Both the position numbers and the translations under genes were made by a program. A DNA stretch of 64,000 nucleotides from Octopus vulgaris (Eukaryota), in NCBI GenBank assembly GCA_951406725.2, contig OX597822.1, positions 11,470,001 through 11,534,000 of the forward strand, written 5' to 3'. Positions 39,301 to 53,363 of the stretch are shown piece by piece (the first letter of the stretch is position 1; every line of letters starts with the position of its first letter). The notes under the pieces were generated by a model, which had not been told where the DNA came from, ran no database searches, and worked only from the letters and a program-made list of their open reading frames with translations.

Positions 39301-40301
39301 GAGCATTTGGTTAATGTTAAGAAATGTATCGTATTCTAAGTTTATGGGTGTAGGACTTCAGGGTTAATTATGAGCTTATGGAACTTAGGTTATCGTTGTT
39401 CTTTTGAAGGATGCATACAGTCTATTAGTGAATATTATTTATTCAAGTGTAAACTGATTTATACGTTAAGGAACAAATTTTATCAAGAATTTTGCGGCGA
39501 CCATTTTGAGTTACGGGAAATAATTCGCAGATTCTTAGATATTTAATCCTTTCGCATACACCTTGCTTTAACTAATGAAATACTTATTTTATTCACATTG
39601 ATTTGAATTAATCATGCATTATCTTGTTGCTTCAGGATTTCGATAACATGATTGTTTATTTTTTGAATGACATTGCTGAGTAGGTGCCGGATTAAGAAGC
39701 TAATGAGTTAATATTAAGATTAATTAGCAAAGATTTCTGTCTAAATAACTCTACTACATCCCCATAAAACAAACAAATCTGCATATTCTGAGTGATTCTA
39801 ATAGCAAAGCCCGAAAATGTACCACAGACGTATGCCAGATGATAGGAAAGAACTGAAAATTTCTCAGTATTCATACATTACATGTAAGGACCATAAATAT
39901 AACTTTGAAACGTTCCTTCAGTAGACTAATATAACTGGTCGAAACAGACATCGGATCTATTAACAGGTAAATGTTAGATAAGTGTGCAGTTGAGCTTACA
40001 TATATCTCAACACCACTATTATAGAATGATACCGAAGCTATCAGTGAATATCTTTAATCATACGAATAAAACCAATTCTTGTCTCTTATAGTGTAGAATA
40101 ATTTCTTTTACTTCGCAGCCTCTATGTACAGGCACAAATAATGGTATTAACTTAGTAAGCCTATCTACTAGATAGCGTCTTTCATGAAAAGCATTTGTAA
40201 TTATTAAACTGCATGTATTACAAAAAAATAATCTTCGAACTTTCTATTTGATGTTAGCACGCGGACGAAAAATTGATGAAATAGGTGATATCTTTGGATA
40301 G

Positions 40302-40440
<139 letters not shown>

Positions 40441-42004
40441 ATGAATTATGTTTAGAAATTTTTCCACATTGCATTTAACTTTTATGAAAATGATACTCTT
40501 TTTTCCCTGGGTAACTCGATCTAATGAAAAACAAATTCTGAAGAAAAGTACTAGTTTTCTTTTTAAAGAAACTGAAATATTAATTTTGTAAATACTAACT
40601 TCACTAAAATCAATATTTAAGATGTTACATACGATCTGCAACAGAAAATACGATGAAATACACTTTATTACTCAATTTATAGAGAAATGAAATGGAAAAA
40701 TCTTTTAACAAAACATAAAATGAAAAAAGAGTCATCTTCGCCAAGAATGCATTTCTTATGACATACCTGGATTACATATCGTTTTATCCTGGTACGACAT
40801 ACAAAAAATTCAGCTATTTTAAGCCTCGTTTTTATATAGATAGGTAAAGGTTACTGAATATTTCTATATAGAACTTATTGCCTACAAATCTTTGAATAAG
40901 TTCGCAAAACCATTGAAATCACTTTTAAATGACGTTTTTCTACGTACTCAAATGCAAATTATTGTCTTCTATAATAATCCCTTGCTATCATTAGCGTTGA
41001 ATTAGACACTTCCGTCTATTTCCCTGTAAAGATGTATCAATGCGTGTGGGTATGTGTGGGTGTATACATACATGCATACATACGTACATAAGAGAGTGGA
41101 ATGATCATCTCCAATGCCATAAATATTCCAAAGGGAATATTCTGGGGAGATAGGTTGTTTTTTTTGTAATTTTGTTGATTTTGACTTTAAAACTATTATC
41201 ATTCCTCAAAAAAAAAGAAAAAGGAATGGCTACATGCTAGGGTCTGCAACTACAAGAGATATTAATTTAATCTATAATTTCTTATGCTTCACATTTCTAT
41301 GTGAACAATGCCAAATAGCAACTGGAATTAATAACAATATTCTTAGTTGATATAGGAATGAATTTGACCAGAAGAAACGTTCTTATTTAATTGTTGAACA
41401 GGTTAAATCAGTCTCTCAGATACAAAACCTGTGCATCAATGGTCTGACTATCTCTCCTGTGCCACACAAAGGATGCTACACCAGACTAAAAAATATGGCA
41501 TTCCGAACTCACTTCTTACAATAAGACAATATCCCACAATGCATTTGCAGCACCAGTTTTGATTCCAAGATTTGGGATACGTGACTGGTCTGTAGAACAA
41601 ACCCTTTCCATAAACATTAAAACCTACAAGATTTTGATATCAACTGGCAATCTCCAAACAATAGTGATATCGCCAGGCTCTATTTAAGAAAAGATAAAGG
41701 AGGTATGGGTTTGAGATCAGTGCAGACAGCCTTCGAATGTCGCATAGTCTCTCTGAGACAATATTTGCTATACAACTGCAGCGAAAAGGAATACATTAAC
41801 TTAGTGCTGAAGACTGAACAAAACAAAGCCCTACGTGCTGAAATTGTGTTGGAGGTCATCTCTTCCTGATGACCTCCTACACAACCCCAAATCAGCCGGA
41901 CAAGCATACCTCAAAGAAGACCTGGAAGTGAAACGCTCAGCATACTAAAAATACACAAAAAAATACAAACAAAAAGATCGTGCATGGGTATGTTTGAAGA
42001 AGAT

Positions 42005-42380
42005 AGTGGAAGCACACCGTCGGTTACGACGTCGAGGGTTCCGGTTGATCCGATCAACGGTACAGCCTGCTCGTGAAATTAACGTGCAAGTGGCTGAGCA
42101 CTCCACAGACACGTGTACCCTTAACGTAGTTCTCGGGGATATTCAGCGTGACACAGAGAGTGACAAAGCCGGCCCTTTGAAATACAGGTACAACAGAAAC
42201 AGGAAGTAAGAGTGAGAGAAAGTTGTGGTAAAAGGGTACAGCAGGGATCACCACCATCCCCTGCCGGAGCCTCGTGGAGCTTTTATGTGTTTTCGCTCAA
42301 TAAACACTCACAACGCCCGGTCTGGGAATCGAAACCGCGATCCTACGACCGCGAGTCCGCTGCCCTAACCACTGGGCCAT
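42005..42380 (-). mobile_element. Well-preserved tRNA(Arg-like)-derived SINE
   Basis: TGGCCCAGTGGTTAGG A-box, GGAC-TCG-CGGTC loop, GGTTTCGATTCCC B-box and a non-tRNA body; octopus tRNA-Arg-derived SINEs (OR type) are known, but the assignment is unverified. Confidence 0.88.
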
Positions 42381-42519
42381 TGAACATTGACATGAAACGA
42401 AGCGTCTCTTGAACTCGTGAACGCTACATCACATTTCGAAGGATGTGCATTTGCAATCCCAGAACAGTAGACATTGAAGCCCTTCGTGTTCCATGATGCA
42501 ACTGTAAATGTAGATTACT

Positions 42520-42730
42520 CTTTTACTTGTTTCAGTCATTTGACTATGGCCATGCTAGAGCACCGGCTTTAGTCGAGCTAATCGACACCAGGACTTATTC
42601 TTTGTAAGTATTTATTCTATCGGCCCGAGGCTATAGCAGAAGACACTTGCCCAAGGTACCACGCAGTAGGACTGAACCCGTAACCATGTGGTTTGTAAGC
42701 AAACTACTTAGCACACAGCCACTCCTACGC
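42520..42730 (-). mobile_element. Internally deleted SINE family A
   Basis: Tail tacttgtttcagtcatttgact joined to head cccaaggtaccacgcagtaggactgaaccc. Confidence 0.8.
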
Positions 42731-43555
42731 CTATGTCGTATTACTATGGAAGACATCACACGTGTTTAGCAGCTGCCCCAGAATATCATCACGGTATTAT
42801 GTGACATGACGTTGTCGTAAACTCGATATACAATACCATTCTGAAAAAAGACTCCCCTGGAATAAATATAGAGAATCCCTCTGTTATTGAATATATACTC
42901 AAGTATGAGCACAAAGAATACTAGTGGAACATTCCCATCAAAACATCTGTCAAGTGTAAACATAACAGACTGGATATTTTTGTTTGAGACAGACAAGAAA
43001 AAATATGCACCGTCATAGAGGTCAGCTGTCTTAGTCATGTGACCATCTATTTGTAAAGCAAAGAGAATGAGAAAGAAGATAACTATGGACAACTGCTTCG
43101 AAACGTCCAGCATCTATGTACAGATTGCACGTTTTTTGCTGTGAATAATTGGAATACTTGGTTTTGTAAGTAAATGCCTAACTCTCAGACTTGGATTTAT
43201 TTCATAAAAGTAAATCATCCATGTGATTCGCACGTCACAAATCCAATCGCTAAGCAGAACAGTAAAACTATGCGAGTCTTTTCACAGGTTTATCATGTAA
43301 CATTGTTTACGTTATCTGCGTTTCAACGATGGAGCTTCGTATCTTTGTTAGAAGCCAGCTTCTTCCTCAAGGGAAGAATTTAAGTGATTAAATACGAAAG
43401 AGACACATACAGTACATACATACATACATAAATACACATACATACATAAATACACACATACATACATACTCACATACATACACACATACACACACACATA
43501 TATATACGTGCATTCATACATACATATATACATACATACATACATTCATACATAC

Positions 43556-44345
43556 ATATGTACTGGTGGAATTTCCCAGTGAAGACCTCAATAAAAAGTA
43601 AATATGATAGACCTGGTATAATGATTTGGGACAGAGAAGAGAAACTGTGCACAGTTGTGGAAATCAGTTGTCCGCTGGATGTTAACATATCGCTGAAGAT
43701 CAGTAAAAAAAGAGATCACCTATGCTGCACTATTGAGAAATGTGCAGTTACTCTATCCAGATTACAAATTCATATTTATACCTGTAATCATTGGAGCACA
43801 TGGATAGATAACACACTGCCTAAATACCAATCCTGAGAAATAATATTTGTCAAAACCAGAAAGGAGAAAGCTGATTAGAAGGCTACAGATCCAATCCGTC
43901 ATTGGAACTGTAAAATTCTGTAAAACTTCCCAGAAATTTATCATTTAAACATATATGTGTATGTCTAGATATGCAACTATACGCATAAGAATACATACAT
44001 AAAACAAAACATACAAATCTGCACGTAAACGTACATACATAATTACATATATACAAACGTAATACATAAATAATGACATACATACATACATACGTACATA
44101 CATACATACGTACATACATACATACATACAAATATACCCTACTGTTGATGTTGAACTTCCAATGAAGGATTCTTGGATCTAGGTAAGAAGCCGGCTCTTA
44201 CTCTATTGGCAAGAAATTTTGAAATAAACTGAATAATGACATACATATATTCAAGAATACCCTGTTGATGTTGAAATTCCAATGAAGGAGACGTGGATCT
44301 AGATTAGATACCGGCTCTCCAGCAGGAAATCTTGAAATAATGACT
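43556..44345 (+). mobile_element. 5'-truncated RLE LINE (third family) in (TACA)n, with duplicated 3' tail
   Basis: YWWNFPVKTSIKSKYDRPGIMIWDREEKLCTVVEISCPLD..FIPVIIGAHG; tail tgttgatgttgaa.ttccaatgaagga repeated at ~44143 and ~44263. Confidence 0.8.
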
Positions 44346-44347
44346 TA

Positions 44348-45408
44348 TCAGGTGATCCCATAAGTTCGGTCCGATTTTACCATTTTAAAAATTGAATGTA
44401 ATTTAATACCACTTTAAAATGTCTAATGGAATTAAAAATTATTATTATACATTTGTGTTCATTTAAACTAATTAAATATTATTTTACAGAATAATAGAAT
44501 TAAAATTTCTTTGATTAAAACCCTTTATAACATGGACGTATCCAAAGTGCATTTGAGGCACATAATGCTTTATGAGTACAAAAAGGAGACTCTGCAGCCG
44601 AAGCGACTCGAAACATATACTCAGTTTATGGGGAAGAATGCTTGAATGAAAGAACATGCAGAAGATGGTTTGCAAAATTCAGAAGTGGAGATTTCAGCCT
44701 TGAAAATGAAGATCGAACAGGACGTCCAGTTGAGTTTGATGGTAAAATCCTTGAGGCATTACTTGAAGAAAATCCTGCATTATTAGTTGAAGAATTGGCA
44801 ATAAAACTTAATTCAAGCCATAAAACTGTTCATCGTCATCTTCAACAACTTGGAAAGCTTCCTAAACTTGGAAAATGTGTGCCTCATGAATTGTCAGCGA
44901 ACTAATTTCACCCTTTTTGGATAGACTTCTGACTGGTGACAAAAAATGGATTTTCTACCGATATGTTAAACGTCGTAAACAGTGGCTTGGTAAAAAGGAA
45001 AAAAGCTCAATCGCAACCGAGAAGGGAACTTTATGGGACAAAGCACGACCCCACACTGCAAAGATCACATCACAGAAGATTGAAGAGCTTGGTTGGGAAA
45101 AAATTCCTAATCCACCTTATTCTTCTGACCTTGATCCTTCAGACTACCATTTGTTTCGTAGTTTACAGAATCATTTGGGAGATAGAACTTTTGAAAGCCA
45201 GGAGGAAGTGGAAACTGTCATTTCAGAGTTCTTCGCTTTGAAACCAAAAGAGTTTTACATTGATGGGACTAAAAAGCTAGTAAATAGATGGAAGGAAATC
45301 ATAGATAATTAGGGGAGGTACATTGATGATTAAATTTCAATTAAATATAAGCTTTGATCACTTGTTTTATTTATTCAAAATTCGGATAGAACTTATAAGA
45401 TGACCTGA
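44348..45408 (+). mobile_element. mariner transposon (DD34D-type), internally deleted
   Basis: TA|tcaggtgatcccataagttc...gaacttataagatgacctga|TA; WFAKFRSGDFSLE, CVPHEL, TGDKKW, DKARPH, PPYSSDLDPSDYHLF. Confidence 0.95.
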
Positions 45409-46151
45409 TACATACATATATATATTTGGTGGATGTGCATGCATGTGTATCTAGACGCACGTATGTATGTGCACACGCATGAAAATACATACATATATAC
45501 AGAGATGCATGTACATACAGACAGACACACACACACACGCACACACAGTATAAAATAAGCTCTAAGGATTTACGAATTCAACACACAACCTGTTAATCCA
45601 TTCATTATATTGTGCGTGAGTTTTTGTGTGAGGACGTGTATGTGTGAGTGCTGACATACGTATGACTGTGTGTATGCTTTTCTTTTAATATGACCAGTAC
45701 CAGCCCAGATGTTACTCTGGTCTATAATGAACAAGAGAATGAAGAAACTGATAATTGCATTTTGGATTTCTGTCAAAGCACCATTGTTTCGGATATCCAG
45801 ACATCTTGAATTTCTTAACATTTAAAACGAGTGCTGCACTTGAATCTCCACTGATGTTATAACAAACAAATAAACGAACGTATTTCTATTATAGATAGAA
45901 TATATATAGGAAGATACGGTCCCAGGTGTTATTGTAAAAATTCTTCACTCTTGCAGAAATAGCATTATGGCACAGGAACCAATAGTTTGCAGATCAGTTC
46001 AACTGTGCTATACCTACATCTACTATAGCTCCAGGTCGGCCAATGCCTTATGAGTTGATTTGGACAGAAAAAATGGAATATGTGTAGAAGCCCGTTGTAC
46101 TTATACACACACACACACACACACACGCACGCACACACACACACACACAGA

Positions 46152-46276
46152 TATATGTTAAATAAAATGAGACAACTAAGATAAGGCAGTGTGAAGTTTC
46201 TAGGACATTTTATAAAGAAAATATCCTAGAAATTTCACATTACCTTGGCTTTGTTGTTTCGTTTATTTAACATATA
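46152..46276. repeat. Imperfect hairpin (arms ~58 bp)
   Basis: tatatgttaaataaa...tttctaggacatttt is mirrored by aaaatatcctagaaa...tttatttaacatata. Confidence 0.8.
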
Positions 46277-46439
46277 CTCGATCAGACACGACACCTCACT
46301 CATACTATTATCGAACCGGGAGTCTTACAGGGGTCCTTCCGTAGTACTTCCTCGACTAAACCTTTCAAGGCTGTGCCCCAACATGCTCACACTCTGAGGT
46401 GAGGAACAAGTTTTAGGTAAACGATATAACGTATGTTTT

Positions 46440-46905
46440 GTCTGGTGACAGGCAGCAGGAGTTTGCTACTTTGTAGCTGATGCTGTCAATCACACAAAAT
46501 TCTCCTCTTTTGACCAATGGTAAGTGCACATACTTCTCGCTCTTCAGGGAATTAATGATGGTCATCTCTCTTGTTGTCAGGTTGTCTGGTAGTTACTTGT
46601 GTGCAAGCATAATGTTTCTCAAAATGTCTTGGCACAATCTCGCGGCCCTGTTCTAGGATTTGTCCAAGCTTCTCAGAATGGTTCTCAGAATTCAACGTCA
46701 TAGTGAAGAGCTTCGTTACGATTGGGTTTAGTGCCCTTTCTGCATTTAAGTCACTGCATCTGCACGATTCTGTTGATCATTCCAGTAATGGATACATGGA
46801 TTTTGTACCTTGAGCTCAGGAATTAACATAAACTTTGCGACTTTACCAATACCACAGATTCCTCAATGGTGAATATTCTTGTAAATATGTGAAGCCTCGA
46901 TTGTT
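46440..46905 (-). mobile_element. PLE ORF N-terminal/pre-RT remnant
   Basis: PDNLTTREMTIINSLKSEKYVHLPLVKRGEFCVIDSISYK resembles the NLTxxE..L..L....PADKG..VV.D...Y motif. Confidence 0.55.
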
Positions 46906-47137
46906 TTTGTCGTCGCTGTTGTTGTTGGTGGTGGTCATGGAAAATGTACTTTTTCCTGCGGTTGAGACGTGTCTGCCTGCGTGGGTCGCGATGTGCTCGG
47001 TGTGTCTTGTGTGCCTGTTCTTATGTTTGTGTATAGGAGTATTTTTGATTCTGTTTCGTTACACCCTAACTATGTGTGTGGTGATACATACACACGTAAT
47101 ACATATTTACATAAACATACTTACATACACACACACA

Positions 47138-47199
<62 letters not shown>

Positions 47200-47899
47200 C
47201 TATATATATATATACTATATATATACTAATCCATTCATGGAATTTATAAATATTTTGATGCATCGTTACGCATGTTTCTACAAATCACATGTTACTTACG
47301 ATCATAGCCTGTATTCCTGAGAGGATTACAGTACAATCCATAATATCCATGGACATCATGTACGTTTTAGTTCATGCGTTCATTTCTTCCGACCATATAG
47401 CATTAAAGTTGGAAGTATCGAATGTTTAACTGAAGGAAGTTTATCAATTTTCATCAATCAATCGATTCATTGGAGTATGTGGGCGGTTCTGTTTGTATTC
47501 GGAAGGGAAGAATAGAAGCTGATTGAAAGGGAGAAAGGAATGGTAATGATAAAGGAGAGGAAGGAGTGTGTGGTAAGCTACACTTGTTTAGATATTTGTA
47601 TGTGCATATGTTAGGATGGGAAGTATAGATTATTGGTTTGATCTTAGCTGCAGCAAGATCTTCCTCAATAAATTCGGGCGTTGCGGAGCTTGGAAGAACT
47701 GTTGAAGTTCATTGTCTGAGTTGTCAAATGATGCTCCCTTAAAGGGTCCTTTTAATTACTTCCGATGCTACAGAGGTGTAACATAGAAAAATGATTTTCT
47801 TTTTTCTTTCGTTCGTTTATATTTTTTTTCTTATATGCTTATTATGGTTAGTGTTTTTCTATTTCGTTCTGCTCGAATTCCAGGAAGGATGTTTTGATC

Positions 47900-48450
47900 T
47901 TATGTTAGCATTATACAATTATTTCGAAATGGCTGTTAATTATATGTTCTCTGGAAGTGATGATCTGAAGGGTTTCCTCTGGACATAAGTTACGCCCACG
48001 CGATGTTCTATTGCCTGAGCCTCCTGATGTGGTTAGATAATAATGTGCAGTGCCTTTTGTCATCATTGGAAAATGGCCTAAGATGTTTGCGCAGACGATT
48101 TTTCATGCTGTCTCTGCTTACACTAATGTACACATATTTTAGTGCACCCGCCTTCATTTATCACGTGTAAACAACGTTCTTTACCAAGTAGTTGTTTTTA
48201 AATTGGCTACAGCTGCCTTCATTTGCTTAATTGAAAGCAATATTGAACACCTCTCCTGTCTGCTTGAAGCTGAGGCAAGTTGCACAGACAAATCCTACAA
48301 GCAAGGAGGTACACACATTTGTGACAAATGAACATCATACCTATATTTCTGATTTGATTCGTTCTATATTCAAAACCTACCTTCGAAAAAAATATTAGCA
48401 AAAACTCTCCCATTACTATTAATGGCATTCTAAATATTTTCAAGATGTTC
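47900..48450 (-). mobile_element. PLE GIY-YIG endonuclease remnant
   Basis: LVKNVVY...YVYISVSRDSMKNRLRKH..F....LLSNHIRRL. Confidence 0.65.
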
Positions 48451-48717
48451 ATTTGAAAATTGCAAGTGTACGAGTATTATTTTTGCTGTTCTTCATTTTA
48501 ATGTTGATTTTTTTATGCATTTCTTTTAGAAAAACTAAAATATATAAATACAGTAAAGCATTATATTCTTCTCGTTGTTGTGTCATTACAGTTCCTTTCT
48601 TTCTCTCTCTATCTTTTGTTCACTTTCTGTGTTGTTCAGTTTAATATGGGAGTTGCTGAATCTCTTTTTAGTAGCAGTCATTTTACTGCGAATAAAAAAG
48701 AACACACACACACACAG

Positions 48718-48751
<34 letters not shown>

Positions 48752-48995
48752 ACACACACAAGAGATTACATACACACACACAAGCACACACTCTCAAACA
48801 TGTACAGACACAGACACACGCACACAAAACACCCAACGTTTCCTCTTCCGATGTAAGAGCTATGCAGAATCGTTACCGAAAGTTTCTCAACGAAAACTTT
48901 TTAAAAGATAACTTTATTTTTCTTTGCCTTCGTTGGAAAATTCGCACATCTTTCCACATCAGTCGCAAATAATAACAACAACAACAACAACAATG

Positions 48996-49074
<79 letters not shown>

Positions 49075-49076
<2 letters not shown>

Positions 49077-49370
49077 GTAAAATTTAGGAATTTGAAAAAC
49101 AGTCGAAATATAAGGACCTTGAGATTGAGATATCAAAGACGAGGCAATTATAAACCAAAACCATCACTGCTGTTGTTGGTGCCCTGGGAATGATCAAGAA
49201 TGGTACTGACACATTTTTCGACCATATCTCTGGGAAACCAATAATCTATGAGACGCAAACATTTGTACTATCATCAATCGTCCGCATTCTCAGGAGGTTT
49301 CTCTCCATATACGTGCCTTAGGTCTCTGGTTGAGACCCGGTCAGAAGAGGAAATAAAATGCAATTCAATC
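49075..49370 (+). mobile_element. Old RLE LINE 3' fragment in (AAT)n
   Basis: EFEKQSKYKDLEIEI...VVGALGMIK...RILRRFLS. Confidence 0.8.
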
Positions 49371-49451
49371 GGAAAAAAATGACGATGATGATAATGATAA
49401 TAATAATAACAACAACAACAGCAACAACAACAAAAACAATAATAATGAATA

Positions 49452-49931
49452 ATGTTTTTGTCTTGGTATAAAAAATGGCCTACAGCAAATATTCTACTCA
49501 ATACCATAGATTTGCTTAACAGTTGCTTGACCTTAATCAGTTGAGCATGTCCCTTAGTGGCTGACGATATGTGCATCTCTGATCACAAGCAGAAGTAGTG
49601 GGGGAGCATCATAGCTATGTACTGAGCGGAATTCTTTGGGGTTTGGATAATTCACCTCTGAAAACTTGGGCTTTTGGCCAACATCCTTAAACAGTCCTTA
49701 TTCACGGAGCTTTTGATAGGGATGGACTACTTGACCTGACGAAAATTCTAACTGGGCCCCACCTGCATTTTCATGCGCTGATTATCTTCATATGAGATCC
49801 CAATGTCGCGCACATATGGTTGTGATGCATGTGCCTGGTGTTCCCTTAGACGGGTAGTCATGATGGGTATATTGGGATTCGTATATTTTACCCCAGTGTC
49901 ACTTCGATGGCATGAACTGCTCTCTCACTCA
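49452..49931 (+). mobile_element. Element C copy
   Basis: Ends ctgctctctcactcaa followed by (TAA)n; reverse complement of 30601-31075. Confidence 0.78.
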
Positions 49932-49942
49932 ATAATAATAAC

Positions 49943-50023
<81 letters not shown>

Positions 50024-50024
<1 letters not shown>

Positions 50025-51720
50025 GTTACGGCAAAACGATCAGCCACCTTTTATATATGGATGACCTAAAACTATACGCTGCAAATGACAAACAGCTGGA
50101 AACACTATTAAAGACAGGCCATGGATTTACCAAAGAAATAGATATGAAATTTGGATTAGAAAAATGCGCCAAAGTAACCATGAAAAGAGGAAAACTAGTT
50201 AAGAGTAACAACATCACACTAGATGAAGCAAATGAAATAAAAGAATTAGACCAAAGCCAAACTTACAAATACTTAGGAATCCATGAACTAGATAAGACAC
50301 AACACACACAAATGAAAGAGAAAATAAAAAAAGAATATTATAGACGAGTTAGATCAATACTAAACACAGAGCTCAATGCTAAAAACAAGATAATAGGTAT
50401 CAACACTTTAGCTGTCCCAGTTATAAGTTACAGCTACAATATCCTTAACTGGACACGAAATGAACTGACCAAAATAGACAGGAAAACAAGAAAAATAATG
50501 ACAGGATCTAGGATGCATCACCCAAAATCTGACATAGAAAGACTATATATACAACGTATAGAAGGTGGTAGAGGCCTTATACAGCTGGAAAACTACTATA
50601 AAATAACCACCATAGGACTGCAAAAATATCTACTTCAGAAGGAAGGAAAACTGATCCAGATAGCGGCAAAACACGAGCAAAACAAAAAACTGTTCTCAGT
50701 ATTTAAGGAAGCTGACAAATACAAACAAGAAATCATACCACCTAATAAACATGAAGAAGAAGAAGAAGAAGAAGATGAAGAAACAACAAAAGCTATAAAA
50801 CAAATGAAATCCAAACTAAAAATAGAACAGCAACGAACCATGATAAAACGATGGCAAGAAAAGCCCCTTCATGGTAAATACTGGACTAAACTAAACGCAA
50901 AAGAAATAGACAAAAAAAAATCCCAGCAATGGTTGAGAAGCTCAGGACTCAAAGCAGAAACAGAGGGATTTTTAATTGCAGCACAAGACCAAAGCCTCCC
51001 CACCAGAAATTACCAAAAACATGTAATGAAAAGAAATATAACAAGTAACTGCAGAATATGTGGTGATGGATAAGAAACAATAAATCATATTATCTCTGGC
51101 TGCCCAGTCCTGGCTAAGAAGGAATATATTCACAGACATGACAGAGTTGGAACCTACATACATTGGAAGATATGCCAACATTATGGAATAACAACAGAAA
51201 AAAGATGGTATAGGCACACACCAGAAAAGGTCACAGAAAACGAGAAACAACAATACTCTGGGATATGCCGATACACACAGATAGAGAAATTAAGGCCAAC
51301 AGGCCAGATATAGTTGTCAGAGATCACGAAGAAAAAAATGCTTTCTAATTGATGTATCAATACCGGCAGATGACAACGTGTCTCTAAAAGAAATGGATAA
51401 ACTCTCAAAATACAAAGACCTGGAAATAGAGGTAACCAGAATGTGGAATCTGAAAACAGAAACAATTCCTACCATAGTAGGTGCATTAAGCATGATTAAA
51501 AAAATATTCAGACAAATACATAACAAAAACACCAGGACTTACAAACACATATAACATACAGAAAATTGCACTACTAGGCACTGCACACATCCTACGCAGA
51601 ACACTTTCCATACAATAACCATCAGAGCATCACAACAAATCACAGCACATATCCAAGGCACACAGAGCTGCGCTCGGTAGTGAAGTGAAAGCACGCTATA
51701 AAAATACAACTACTGAATAA
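50024..51720 (+). mobile_element. 5'-truncated R4/Dong-like LINE (RT from YMDD, CCHC, RLE, 3' UTR); pseudogenised
   Basis: HLLYMDDLKLYA, FGLEKC, YKYLGI, RLYIQRIEGGRGL, CRICGDG*ETINHIISGC, NRPDIVV..IDVSIP; ORF 50057-51073 ends at a premature stop; (AAT)n on both sides. Confidence 0.96.
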
Positions 51721-51721
51721 C

Positions 51722-51781
<60 letters not shown>

Positions 51782-51819
51782 CATAATCATAAAAATAATC
51801 ATAATGGTAATGATGATTT

Positions 51820-52255
51820 CAAATCTTGTCACAGCACTTTCGGAAGAGGGGGCAACTCGATTACATTGGTCCCAGTGTTCAAATGGTACTTCATTTATAG
51901 ACCCTGAAAGGATTAAAGGCTAAGTTGACTACGGCAGCATTTGAACTCAGAAAGCAAAGACAGACGAAATGCCGCTCAGCATTTTGTCCAGCATGCTAAC
52001 GCTTCTGCTAACTCGTCATCGCCTTTGAAAACCTTACTTCAACATGTACAAGGCCCCGAAATTTGGAGTAGGGAGCAAGTCGATTTCATCGCTCCCCTAA
52101 CCCTAGTCCATAAGTAGAACTTATTTTATCGGCCCTGAAACAATGAAAGGCAAAGTCGAACTCGGCGAAATTTGAACACTGAACGTAAAGACGAATGAAA
52201 TGTCGCTAGGCACACTGACCAGCGTGTTACCAATTCGGCCAGCTCGTCGCCTTAA
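51820..52255 (-). mobile_element. Two tandem diverged SINE family B units
   Basis: atttgaactcagaaagcaaagacagacgaaatgccgc and gcaaagtcgaactcggcgaaatttgaac. Confidence 0.78.
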
Positions 52256-52876
52256 TAATAATAATGGTGATAATGATAATAATTTGTAAGATCATGACAA
52301 CGCCGCTACTACTACTACTACCACTACTGCTGCTGCTGCTGCTGCTGTTGCTACTACAGCTGCTGCTGCTGTTGCGACAAGGAAGCTGATATTTAGAGGC
52401 TAAATACACCATCGTTTCTGCATGAATGCACACAAAGTTATAACGGCTTCTGGTCTTCTCTGATGTTGGAGTGTGACACGGAATGGTTTATGGTTCACGT
52501 GTTTGCTATGACAGCAAATAGTCAGGGTTCTGCCAGGTTAATCTTACTTAATATTTTCACCATGTTTAAACATGTCGAATCGATTGTGCTACAAGACAGG
52601 AAACAATCGACATGGAGACAAATCTGAGCAGATGCAAACACTGATATTTACATGTGTGTGTGTGTGTATAAATGCACATACACACACGCACATACATATA
52701 TATATATATATGTACATACGTACACATATATATATATATATATATATATATGTAAATAGATATGCATGTTTATCTATATATAATACACACACACAAAGAT
52801 ACACACCTATATACATACACATGTACCTATATACATACACACACGCACATACATATATATATATATATGTACATAC

Positions 52877-52915
<39 letters not shown>

Positions 52916-52981
52916 AATAGATATGCATGTTTATCTATATATAATACACACACACAAAGATACACACCTATATACATACAC

Positions 52982-53054
<73 letters not shown>

Positions 53055-53363
53055 TATATATACACGGATATATATGAAAGGGTACAAGCGGAGGTGGATG
53101 TCGCTTCTATTCGAGTTTCGTTGCATATTTACCCAACTTCCGAAGGAAAGTAGCGATAGGGTTTCGGCCTCTGCTGCACATTCAGAGAATCGTTTCCAAG
53201 AGCTTACTGACAATTTGATGACGTAAAGCATAATAATAATAATAATTATAATAATAATTTCCTTTATTGCTAAAGATAATAACAATAACAAACACAAAAA
53301 TAATAATAACAATAACGTTATTATTATTATTAACAATAACAACAATAACAATAATAATTATTA

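Larger units (their letters stand above)
41230..43390 (+). mobile_element. Degraded RLE LINE (third family), interrupted by two SINEs
   Basis: Remnants QQLELIT..DIGM, KGGMGLRSV, then an RLE-like tail related to 43556-43950. Confidence 0.65.

Noticed and set aside
52094-52106. Telomere-like ccctaaccctag
   Set aside because: Only about two units inside a SINE; expected by chance.
52660-52990. Local direct duplication of a ~75-160 bp segment
   Set aside because: Bounded by (TA)n; ordinary microsatellite-mediated slippage or an assembly effect.
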